Virus record (IMG/VR): IMGVR_UViG_3300030059_000658
Coordinates: 1 to 25,915 of that record
DNA from: a virus
Lineage: Duplodnaviria; Caudoviricetes
DNA: 25,915 nucleotides
Direction: 5' to 3' (one strand)
The translations under genes and the position numbers were made by a program. Shown here piece by piece: positions 13,812-22,135 of the stretch (position 1 is the stretch's first letter; the number at the start of each line of letters is the position of its first letter). The notes below the pieces were generated by a model that searched no databases, was not told the origin of the DNA, and saw nothing but the letters and a program-made list of their open reading frames with translations.

Positions 13812-16800
13812 ATGGCAATTGAGAAGAATCCTTTATTAAGTTTAGTTGGCGGTACAAGTGTGCCTCAGTCTGAAGTTGATGTAGAGAATGAAGAATTAGA
13901 AATTGAGATTGAAGATCCTGATAATGATGAGATGTTAGGATTAGATGCGATTGCTGCTGAAGATGAACTAGCAATACAAGATGCTGTGGAAGATCATTAC
14001 TTTAATCTATCAGAACTAATAGATCCTGAAGACCTCCAAAGCATTACGTCAGATGTTGTTGAGTCGTATCAAGCAGATAAAGAATCAAGAGAAGAATGGG
14101 AGTCAACCTTTGAGCGTGGCTTTGATTTACTTGGTCTTAAACTACAAGAAACATCAGAACCATTTGAAGGTTCATGTACTGCCGTTTCTCCTTTAATAAT
14201 AGAAGCAGCAGTTAAGTTCCAATCTAAAGCTACTATTGAACTGTTTCCGTCAGGTGGTCCTGTCCGTACACAAGTTGTAGGAGATGTAGATAAGGAACGA
14301 GAAGAACAAGCTGCTCGTGTACAAGATTTCATGAACTATCAATTCACTGAACAGATTAGTGAGTATTTTGATGAGTTCGAAAAAATGTTGTTTCACCTAC
14401 CCTTAATAGGTAGTGCTTTTAAAAAGATGTATTACGATCCTGCTTTACGCAGACCTTGTTCAGAGTTTATTCCTATTGATCAATTCTATGTATCGTACTA
14501 TGCGTCTGACATACAGAAAGCAGAAAGATATACACAAGTAATCCATCGTAGTAGAACAGAGATGGAAAGAGATATACAAAGTGGTATGTATATGGATGTG
14601 GGGTTAGAAGATCCTACAACTCCTGATCCTACTTCTTTTACAAGTAAGATTGATTCTATTATGGGAATTAGTCCTGCTGATAACTTTGACCAACAATATG
14701 TGTTGCTTGAACAGCATTGCTATCTTGATCTGCCTGAACCGTTTAACAGTGAAGATGGTGTTGCTCTTCCCTATGTAGTTACAGTTGAAAAAGAAAGTAG
14801 ACAGGTTATTGGTCTACGTAGAAACTGGGCTAAAGATGATGAAACAAAAACTAAACAAACTTACTTTACACATTATAAGTTTGTACCGGGATTTGGTTTT
14901 TATGGTCTTGGTCTTATTCATCTACTAGGTAATATGACGATGAGTGCCACATCTGCACTTCGTAGTCTTGTTGATGCAGGTCAGTTTTCTAATCTTCCGG
15001 GTGGGTTTAAAGCTCGTGGTGTTCGTATTGTTGGTAACAATGATCCTATTGCTCCGGGTGAATTCCGTGAAGTAGAAGCTACTGGTCTTGATCTTCAGAA
15101 GTCAATTGTTCCATTACCGTATAAAGAACCATCACAGACTCTCTTTAACATGCTTACGTTTATGACAGGAGCAGGACAGAAGTTTGCAGACAGTACTGAA
15201 CAGATAGTTAATGAATCATCTAACTATGGTCCTGTAGGGACTACAATGGCTCTTATAGAGTCATCTGCTAAGTTCTTTAGTGCAATACACAAACGTTTAC
15301 ACAAAAGCCAACGTGACGAGTTCCGTATTCTTTCTAAGATTAACTTTGAGTTTTTACCTGATGAATACCCTTATGACGTACCTAACATCACTACTTCTGT
15401 ATTTAAGTCTGATTTTGACGGGCGTGTCGATGTTATTCCTGTATCTGATCCTAATATTCCCTCTGCTGCTCACCGTCTTTCTATGGCACAAATGGTCTTA
15501 CAGTTGTCCTCCCAAGCCCCACAAGGCATGTACAACATCCAGCAAGTCCACCTCTCAATCTTAAAGGCAGCTAATATACAGAATCCAGATAGGTTCTTTA
15601 CGCCACAGACACCACCAGAACCTCACGATCCTATAACAGATATTGATCTAGTTGTTAAAGGAATGCCTATACAAGCTTTCCCACAACAGGACCATGCTGC
15701 TCATATTGCAATCAAGACAGCTTTTGTAGAAGATCCAACATTAGGTAAGACTGAAATGATGGCTCCTGCTGTTCCTGTTATACAGGCTAATATACAGCAA
15801 CACATGGTTATGCAGTATCAAGAACAAATGTCAGGATTAATGAAGACTGAAACACCACCGGGAGAAGTAGGTGAAGAAGTGTTAAGTCAGTTATCTATTA
15901 ATGCTGCTGAACAAATACTTGAAGCTAATATGGGTACAGGTCCAGAAGATTCTCTTGAAAATCAGAATCTACTTCTTGAAAGTGCAAGACTAGATCTTGA
16001 CCAACAAAAACTACAGATGACTGCAACTAAGGATGCAGCAGAGCTTTCTATTAAGAACCGTGAACTTGATCTTAAAGAAATGGGAGTTCAACTAAGTGCT
16101 GCTGAAAAAGTATCAGAAAGTGAACAAAAGAAAATAGACGCACAGATACGTGATCAAAGTTCTATACGAACAACTAATGCAAAACTTACAGTAGAATCAT
16201 TAAAGAATCTTGCTAAAGAACGAGACTTAATGATTGATAAACGTATGAATGAAGATCGTTATGCATCTGGTGGCACAGTACGACTTGCACAAGGTGGTGA
16301 GTTTTTTGAAGAGTTCTTAGCAGGTAGAGGCGGTAAAGAAGCTTTTGAAGAAGGTGGCTTTTTAGAGGAACTTCTTGCTAAGATAGGTGGAGGAAGAACC
16401 CGTACACAAGATGAAATGATAAGTGATACGTATGAGTCTTATAAGTTTGATTTAAGAGATTCTGAGTCTATAAGTGATAACGAAAAGTATCAGAAGATAA
16501 TAGAAATGGAACAAGAAAAAGAAGCAACTACTCCAACTATTGATTCTGGTTTAAGTAAAGTTAATGAAGCAGATGAATTTCTTGCAGCAGATTTCTCAGA
16601 CGGTTTAGGAGAACCACAATTAGAACCAATAACTCCATCCAAAAATAATTTTGAAGAGGTTAAAGCTGTTGTTAAAGAAAAAACACAACCACCAAAAAAC
16701 TTATTAGAAAGATTAAAACCTGTATTAGAAGTTGATACTGAAATAGGTGATAGTATATTAGATGCAGATGAACCTGTTGTATCTTTAAAACCTAAAGTTA

Positions 16801-17528
16801 TTATAGATAATAAGAAGATGAGAGATGAGAAACTGAAACAAAAGGAAGCTAAAGATAAAAGATTAGCTGAAGATTCCTCAGACGGTTTAGGTGATAGTGA
16901 GTATGGTGTTCCTACTGAAGCATATGCACCACCAATGCCTAATCCTTTCCCTGTAAACCAGAAATTAATAGATGAAAAAGCTAGACAAAACAGAGATAAA
17001 CAACAAAGAAAAATTATGAATTTTATGATTGCTAAAGAAGGAAATGAAAAAAGAGCATATACAGATCCAAGTAAAAATAACCCAAGACAGTCTATTGGTC
17101 CCGGTTTAAACTTTGAACAACTTCCTAAAAAATATCAAGATATTATAAAGAAGGCAACAAAAAATAATACAATAGATCTTCCAACTGAAGTAGGTAATAA
17201 AGTATTGTCAGATATAATGTCTGATAATGATAAAAAACTTAGGAAGTTAATGAAGAATTCTAAAGTAAAGTTTAAAGATTTAACAGATGCTCAAAAAGCA
17301 GCCGTATCAAGTTTAACATTTCAACTAGGGTTTGATGGATATACAAAAGGATTTTCTAATTCATTCAAAGCTTTAAAAGATGGAGATTTTGAGGAGGCTG
17401 CTAGACAGCTTCTTAGAAATTCATCCGATGATGGTCCATCAGAGCTTATTAAACAAACTGAAGGAAGAACTATAGAAGTTGCTGAGATGTTAAAAACAGG
17501 AAAGTATCAAAAAAATTATGACACATAA
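13812..17528 (+). CDS. Portal protein with long C-terminal extension ending in a T4-lysozyme-like (GH24) domain
   Basis: Follows TerL; portal-type motifs (PFEG...PLI.EA, LPLIGSAFKK.YYD, PGFGFYGLGL.HL.G, DAG..SNLPGGFK, LPYKEPS) in aa ~1-800; muramidase motifs in aa ~1070-1235. Confidence 0.9.
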   Translation: MAIEKNPLLSLVGGTSVPQSEVDVENEELEIEIEDPDNDEMLGLDAIAAEDELAIQDAVEDHYFNLSELIDPEDLQSITSDVVESYQADKESREEWESTFERGFDLLGLKLQETSEPFEGSCTAVSPLIIEAAVKFQSKATIELFPSGGPVRTQVVGDVDKEREEQAARVQDFMNYQFTEQISEYFDEFEKMLFHLPLIGSAFKKMYYDPALRRPCSEFIPIDQFYVSYYASDIQKAERYTQVIHRSRTEMERDIQSGMYMDVGLEDPTTPDPTSFTSKIDSIMGISPADNFDQQYVLLEQHCYLDLPEPFNSEDGVALPYVVTVEKESRQVIGLRRNWAKDDETKTKQTYFTHYKFVPGFGFYGLGLIHLLGNMTMSATSALRSLVDAGQFSNLPGGFKARGVRIVGNNDPIAPGEFREVEATGLDLQKSIVPLPYKEPSQTLFNMLTFMTGAGQKFADSTEQIVNESSNYGPVGTTMALIESSAKFFSAIHKRLHKSQRDEFRILSKINFEFLPDEYPYDVPNITTSVFKSDFDGRVDVIPVSDPNIPSAAHRLSMAQMVLQLSSQAPQGMYNIQQVHLSILKAANIQNPDRFFTPQTPPEPHDPITDIDLVVKGMPIQAFPQQDHAAHIAIKTAFVEDPTLGKTEMMAPAVPVIQANIQQHMVMQYQEQMSGLMKTETPPGEVGEEVLSQLSINAAEQILEANMGTGPEDSLENQNLLLESARLDLDQQKLQMTATKDAAELSIKNRELDLKEMGVQLSAAEKVSESEQKKIDAQIRDQSSIRTTNAKLTVESLKNLAKERDLMIDKRMNEDRYASGGTVRLAQGGEFFEEFLAGRGGKEAFEEGGFLEELLAKIGGGRTRTQDEMISDTYESYKFDLRDSESISDNEKYQKIIEMEQEKEATTPTIDSGLSKVNEADEFLAADFSDGLGEPQLEPITPSKNNFEEVKAVVKEKTQPPKNLLERLKPVLEVDTEIGDSILDADEPVVSLKPKVIIDNKKMRDEKLKQKEAKDKRLAEDSSDGLGDSEYGVPTEAYAPPMPNPFPVNQKLIDEKARQNRDKQQRKIMNFMIAKEGNEKRAYTDPSKNNPRQSIGPGLNFEQLPKKYQDIIKKATKNNTIDLPTEVGNKVLSDIMSDNDKKLRKLMKNSKVKFKDLTDAQKAAVSSLTFQLGFDGYTKGFSNSFKALKDGDFEEAARQLLRNSSDDGPSELIKQTEGRTIEVAEMLKTGKYQKNYDT
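16589..16891 (+). repeat. Internal 21-bp duplication in the portal extension (SDGLG twice)
   Basis: AGATTTCTCAGACGGTTTAGG (16589-16609) versus AGATTCCTCAGACGGTTTAGG (16871-16891). Confidence 0.8.
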
Positions 17529-17973
17529 TAAAAATATAGATCCTGTTGATATCGTAGCTGAGTTTGAATCTTTTAAATCAAAAGCTTACCACGCAACAGA
17601 CTGGGAAAAAAAACAGAACATTTTAACAATAGGGTATGGTGATACTCAATGTGGTAAACAAACCATAACTGAAGAAGAAGCTCGTGAAGATCTTAAAGAA
17701 AGACTATCAGACCTTGATAAAATGTTGGTAGATGTTATTGATGTGTCTTTAAGAAAAAATGAAAGAACAGCTATCATATCTCTTGTAGATAATATAGGAA
17801 TAGGAGCTTTCAAACGAAGCAATGCACTTAAAGCTTTGAACAGCAGAGACTTTGAAGAATTCCATAATCAAGCATTCTCAAAAGAAAATGGATGGGTAAA
17901 TCAAAACGGTAAACCACTTAAAGGGCTTGTAAGAAGGAGAGCATCAGAAGGGAACTTGTTTAATCTCGCATAA
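17518..17973 (+). CDS. GH24 phage lysozyme (endolysin or virion muramidase)
   Basis: FE.F...AY...LTIGYG.T, SLVDNIG.GAF..S, W...NGK.LKGLVRRRASE. Confidence 0.92.
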   Translation: MTHNKNIDPVDIVAEFESFKSKAYHATDWEKKQNILTIGYGDTQCGKQTITEEEAREDLKERLSDLDKMLVDVIDVSLRKNERTAIISLVDNIGIGAFKRSNALKALNSRDFEEFHNQAFSKENGWVNQNGKPLKGLVRRRASEGNLFNLA

Positions 17974-18227
17974 TGTTTTATTCATTCGTTATAATATGTA
18001 TATTCTCGCAACCATGTCCTACTATGTTACAAGATGAACTTGGTCCTTATGCATCTATCGAAGAGTGTTACCTAAGAGGCGCACAGATAATAAAATCTTC
18101 TGCTATTAAATTTCCCATTTTATCTTCTTATTCAAACTGTACCTTAGAAGATCCATCAAAACAAAATAAGAAAGAAAAAAAAGAAAAGTTAAAGGGGAAA
18201 ACAATTAAATGGAACCTATCGCATTAG
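17973..18227 (+). CDS. Small protein with hydrophobic N-terminus and four Cys
   Basis: TAATG coupling to the lysozyme gene; GPY.S.EEC pattern. Confidence 0.7.
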   Translation: MFYSFVIICIFSQPCPTMLQDELGPYASIEECYLRGAQIIKSSAIKFPILSSYSNCTLEDPSKQNKKEKKEKLKGKTIKWNLSH

Positions 18228-18553
18228 ATAGCAGAATGCTACTACAGTTAGCTGCGGTTTTAGCTTCTTTATCAGGAGCATGGATGCTGGTTAGAACTCA
18301 AGTAAAAAACTTGATAAAAAGCCGTGATGATATGAAACAAAACATTCAAGAGATATATAGTAAGTTAGATATAGTAGAAGCAGGAGATGCAGTTAAATCA
18401 ACACAGATAAGCGTGTTATCAAATATATTAAGTCCTGATAATTTAGAAAGACGTAATAGAGAATTAGGTGGATTAATTTCTGAGCTTGAAGATATTAAAT
18501 CTAGATTAAAAACAGTAGAGCATATGCATAACGGAAAGCACCCAAACTTATGA
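18209..18553 (+). CDS. N-terminal TM helix plus coiled-coil protein (holin/spanin-like candidate)
   Basis: LLQLAAVLASLSGAWMLV followed by heptads; near the lysozyme; function is inference. Confidence 0.65.
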   Translation: MEPIALDSRMLLQLAAVLASLSGAWMLVRTQVKNLIKSRDDMKQNIQEIYSKLDIVEAGDAVKSTQISVLSNILSPDNLERRNRELGGLISELEDIKSRLKTVEHMHNGKHPNL

Positions 18554-18744
18554 CAAATAAAAACTGGATTAAAGGAGCAGTCAAAAGACCCGGAGCTTTT
18601 AAAAAGAAAGCAAAAGATGCTGGCATAAGTACAGGTTCTTATGTTAAAAAGGTTCTTAAAAAAGGATCAAAAGCTTCTCCTCTTACTAAAAAACAAGCAA
18701 GCCTAGCAAAGACATTTTCAAAGATGAGAAAGAAAAAAACATGA
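18550..18744 (+). CDS. Small Lys-rich protein (WIKGAVKRPGAF)
   Basis: ATGA overlap; very basic. Confidence 0.8.
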   Translation: MTNKNWIKGAVKRPGAFKKKAKDAGISTGSYVKKVLKKGSKASPLTKKQASLAKTFSKMRKKKT

Positions 18745-18818
18745 TTGCATTATTCACAATAGTTAGTTATATAGGTATAAGCATAGGTATTATTGATATT
18801 GTAAAAGTAATAGGTTAA
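18741..18818 (+). CDS. Putative 25-aa hydrophobic peptide
   Basis: ATGA overlap; MIALFTIVSYIGISIGIIDIVKVIG. Confidence 0.45.
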   Translation: MIALFTIVSYIGISIGIIDIVKVIG

Positions 18819-18821
18819 TAA

Positions 18822-18914
18822 ATGCTTTTTCTTCGAGAACTAATTGATTGCATAAAGGAAGCGTATAAAATTTTTGTAGATTTATTTGTATATTTATTAA
18901 CTTTAGTTTTTTAA
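18822..18914 (+). CDS. Putative 30-aa hydrophobic peptide
   Basis: MLFLRELIDCIKEAYKIFVDLFVYLLTLVF; 3-nt gaps on both sides. Confidence 0.4.
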   Translation: MLFLRELIDCIKEAYKIFVDLFVYLLTLVF

Positions 18915-18917
18915 ATC

Positions 18918-19064
18918 ATGGAAGATGATTATACTTTAATTGATTATAGTGTTCAGAAACCAAATAAAGATTCTTATCCAGATTGGGATACTTGGTTTTT
19001 AAGTTTTTGTGAGTACATGAGATTAAAATATAGGAAAACATATGTCCCCTCGAAAAAAAAGTAA
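18918..19064 (+). CDS. Hypothetical 48-aa protein (MEDDYTLIDYSV...)
   Basis: Fills the gap; overlaps the next start. Confidence 0.5.
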   Translation: MEDDYTLIDYSVQKPNKDSYPDWDTWFLSFCEYMRLKYRKTYVPSKKK

Positions 19065-19335
19065 CATGAAAGGAATGACAATAGGCGGTGGAGAAAAACG
19101 TTCTACTGCATCAGGAGCAGGGTTGACAGAAAAAGGTGTAAAGAAATATCGTAAACAAAATCCCGGAAGTAAGTTACAGACTGCTGTAACAGGAAAAGTA
19201 AAACCCGGAAGTAAGTCAGCTAAAAGACGTAAGAGTTATTGTGCTAGATCAGCTGGTCAAATGAAAAAGTTTCCTAAAGCAGCTAAGAATCCTAAAAGTC
19301 GTTTAAGACAAGCTCGTAAAAGATGGAAGTGTTAA
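19042..19335 (+). CDS. Small basic phage protein (DUF6321-like)
   Basis: GLTEKG..KYR..NPGSKL...RRKSYCAR..G...RLRQARKRWKC; family name recalled, not searched. Confidence 0.8.
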   Translation: MSPRKKSNMKGMTIGGGEKRSTASGAGLTEKGVKKYRKQNPGSKLQTAVTGKVKPGSKSAKRRKSYCARSAGQMKKFPKAAKNPKSRLRQARKRWKC

Positions 19336-19539
19336 GTGTTTACAGATATTGAAGAAATAAAAATTTTATTAAATAACCAAATAGAAGAACTTTCATCTCA
19401 AATTTCTACAGGAATGTGTGAAGACTTTAAGCAGTATAAACATCTAACAGGGATGATAGAGGGGTTGACAAGGGCTGTGCATGTGATAAATGATTACAAT
19501 GCTTCCATTATGGAAGATCTTGAAAAAGATTCGGAGTAA
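19336..19539 (+). CDS. Small helical protein preceding the GroES-like gene
   Basis: G...DF.QYK.LTG.I.GL pattern; abuts neighbours. Confidence 0.75.
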   Translation: MFTDIEEIKILLNNQIEELSSQISTGMCEDFKQYKHLTGMIEGLTRAVHVINDYNASIMEDLEKDSE

Positions 19540-19546
19540 TAAATAA

Positions 19547-19966
19547 ATGGTTCTTCAGCCTAACATGTTAAATTCTACACAGAATGATGAATGGATTACG
19601 GACGTTGAAATGCCTGATCCTGAAAATCTACCTAATGTTCCCGGTTATCATGTTCTTGTTCGTCCTTTATCAATAAGATCAAAAACAAAGGGCGGCATTA
19701 TTATGCCGGATAAGTTTAAAGATGATATTCAATATCTTACAACTGTCGGCAGGGTTGTGAAGATTGGATCTTTAGCGTATAAAGATACTAGTAAGTTTCC
19801 TTCAGGATCATGGTGTAGTGAAGGAGATTATGTGTGTTATGGTAAACATACAGGACAAAAGTTTGTATATCAGGGAATTCGTTATTTACTTGTTTATGAT
19901 GATCAGATTATTATGACCATTGATGACCCTGCTGATGTAGACCCAATGTATTCACTTGTAGCGTAA
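19547..19966 (+). CDS. GroES/Cpn10-like co-chaperonin
   Basis: PGYHVLVRP....KTKGGIIMPD...GRVVKIG...GDYV.YGKHTG...LLVYDDQI. Confidence 0.88.
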   Translation: MVLQPNMLNSTQNDEWITDVEMPDPENLPNVPGYHVLVRPLSIRSKTKGGIIMPDKFKDDIQYLTTVGRVVKIGSLAYKDTSKFPSGSWCSEGDYVCYGKHTGQKFVYQGIRYLLVYDDQIIMTIDDPADVDPMYSLVA

Positions 19967-19994
19967 GCGTAGAATCGCAACTGCGGAGAAAGAT

Positions 19995-20915
19995 ATGACT
20001 GACGAAAATGAATGGGGTGATATTAGTTTAGACACTCCTCTTCCTGCTTTAGAAATAGAAACAGAAGAACCTATTGAAGTTGAGACTAAACCTGAGATTG
20101 AAGTTGAAGGTGAAGAAGTACCTGAGTTAGAAGGAATTGAAACTCAAGGTGCTGAAAAAAGAATACGTCAGTTAATCAAACAACGCAGAGATCGTGATGA
20201 CGAATTATATAAAGCTAAAGAAGAGTTAACTACTTTACGCGCACAAATGTCAGAAGCTGGCAAGATGCGTTATGATTATGACGGTGCATTAGCTGAAGCT
20301 AAAAAGGGAGAAGCAAACTCCCGTCTTGAGAATGCAAGAACTAAGTTTAAAGAAGCGTATGATGCAGGTGATAAAGATGCTGTATTAAGTTCTCAAGAAG
20401 AACTAGCTGACGCAACAACTGAATTAAAATTACTTGATCAAAAAAAGCAATGGATTGATCAGCAAAAAACTAAGTATGAGGAAGACCAAGAGCAGAGACA
20501 AAAGCAATATCAAGCTGCTCCTCCTGAGATAGATCCTCTTGCTAAAGACTGGGCTGAAACAAATGATTGGTTTGGTAAAGATCGTACAGCTACAGCTGTT
20601 GCTTTATCAATTGATGCAGAATTAAAAGAGAAGGGCGAAGATCCTAGTGATCCTGCTTTTTACGATAAAGTAAACGCCCGTCTTAAAGAAGAATTACCAT
20701 CTAAGTTTGGTGATGAAGTGTCGGAAAAGGCTACTCCGAAAAAGCCTAGACAAGTGGTAGCAGGAAGGTCGCATTCTCCTGTCTCTAGAAATAAAGTTAA
20801 ACTTACTCAAGAAGATGTACGTTTAGCTAAAAAATGGAGTATACCTCTTGATAGATACGCAGCTGAGAAAGTGAAAGCAGAAAGATCTGATGGCGATTAT
20901 ACAACTGTCGTTTAA
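19995..20915 (+). CDS. Putative capsid scaffolding protein
   Basis: Acidic N-terminus, long coiled coil, W...NDWFG.D motif, basic C-terminal helix; upstream of the capsid genes. Confidence 0.75.
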   Translation: MTDENEWGDISLDTPLPALEIETEEPIEVETKPEIEVEGEEVPELEGIETQGAEKRIRQLIKQRRDRDDELYKAKEELTTLRAQMSEAGKMRYDYDGALAEAKKGEANSRLENARTKFKEAYDAGDKDAVLSSQEELADATTELKLLDQKKQWIDQQKTKYEEDQEQRQKQYQAAPPEIDPLAKDWAETNDWFGKDRTATAVALSIDAELKEKGEDPSDPAFYDKVNARLKEELPSKFGDEVSEKATPKKPRQVVAGRSHSPVSRNKVKLTQEDVRLAKKWSIPLDRYAAEKVKAERSDGDYTTVV

Positions 20916-20939
20916 TAAGTACATATGCGGAGAAAGTAA

Positions 20940-21506
20940 ATGGTTGAAGAAATGAATAGTATAACAAACGAAAAAGATGAAGTTGTTCAAACAGACAATC
21001 AAGCTGAGAATGCTAATCGAAATATTACTAGGATGATGGAAGAAAGAGAAAATTTATCTCATGAAGCCATTATGTCAGCAATTGAAGATAATGATTGGTT
21101 ACAAATCACAGACAATGTTAAGAATAAGTTTCTTGACGAGGGGTTTGTTTTACGTTGGATTCGTATCATGTTAGACGGTCAAGAAGATCATCAAAACATC
21201 GGTAAGAAAGAACGTGAAGGTTGGACTTTTGTTTTAGCTAAAGATTGTTCTGAAATGTCTTCTGGATTTAAAGTTAAAGAAGACGGACCTTTGAGTGGTT
21301 GTATATTACGAGGTGACGTAGCCCTCGCTAAACAACGAATAGAATACCACGAAGCTATACAAGCGCAGAATATGAAGCGTACACAACAAATGGAAGATGC
21401 TATCTCTAGTAGACTCCATAGTGATCATCCTGATCGTAGAATGCCTATTTATGATTCAAGTAAACAACGAGTATCAACAGGTAAACAAGCTAAGTTTGAT
21501 ACTTAA
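20940..21506 (+). CDS. Conserved head-module protein
   Basis: GFVLRWIR...EGW.FV...GDVALAK; same TGCGGAGAAAG RBS as the scaffold gene. Confidence 0.75.
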   Translation: MVEEMNSITNEKDEVVQTDNQAENANRNITRMMEERENLSHEAIMSAIEDNDWLQITDNVKNKFLDEGFVLRWIRIMLDGQEDHQNIGKKEREGWTFVLAKDCSEMSSGFKVKEDGPLSGCILRGDVALAKQRIEYHEAIQAQNMKRTQQMEDAISSRLHSDHPDRRMPIYDSSKQRVSTGKQAKFDT

Positions 21507-21542
21507 TTTTAACTTTTTTCTATTTGAAAAGGAACTTCTATT

Positions 21543-22118
21543 ATGGCTTTAGCAAAAGCATATAATGGGGCTGTTCCAGTACGAAAACGTGGCAGTTCTT
21601 ACAATACGATGGGAACCAATAAGTATCAAATTGCTAATGCTTATGCGGATAACATCTATCGTGGTGATCTAGTCAAAGTTAGTGCTGGTTACATTCAACC
21701 TGTATCTGTTTCAGTTGATCGACCAATTGGCGTTTTTCAAGGCGCACAATTTGTAGACCCTACATCAAAACAGCCTACTTGGTTAAACTACTGGCCTTCA
21801 GGTACATCTTCAGCAGACGGTTATGCGTATGCTCACATTATGGATGATCCTGATGGTATCTATCAAATGCAGTGTAATTCTACTGTTACTATTGGTGTTC
21901 TAGAACGACAAAACTTTTTCGTTGAAGTCTCTTCTGGTAATACATACACTGGTCAATCCGCATGGTCCGTACAAGTTAGCTCTGGTACTTCACTTTCAAA
22001 TCCACTACGTATAGTTGGTTTGTGGGAAGTTGAGGGTAATGATTGGAATCAACCTAATACACGAGTATTAGTGAGACTTTCTAATCATATGGACTTTTCC
22101 GTTTCAATTACAACTTAA
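21543..22118 (+). CDS. Putative capsid decoration / minor head protein
   Basis: IYRGDLV...GVFQG...DDPD pattern; immediately upstream of the MCP. Confidence 0.7.
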   Translation: MALAKAYNGAVPVRKRGSSYNTMGTNKYQIANAYADNIYRGDLVKVSAGYIQPVSVSVDRPIGVFQGAQFVDPTSKQPTWLNYWPSGTSSADGYAYAHIMDDPDGIYQMQCNSTVTIGVLERQNFFVEVSSGNTYTGQSAWSVQVSSGTSLSNPLRIVGLWEVEGNDWNQPNTRVLVRLSNHMDFSVSITT

Positions 22119-22135
22119 TTAGGAGGACTGTTTAA

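Noticed and set aside
16300-17030. Separate gene start for the muramidase part of the portal ORF
   Set aside because: No in-frame stop upstream and no convincing SD before the internal Met codons; cannot be fully excluded without Ribo-seq
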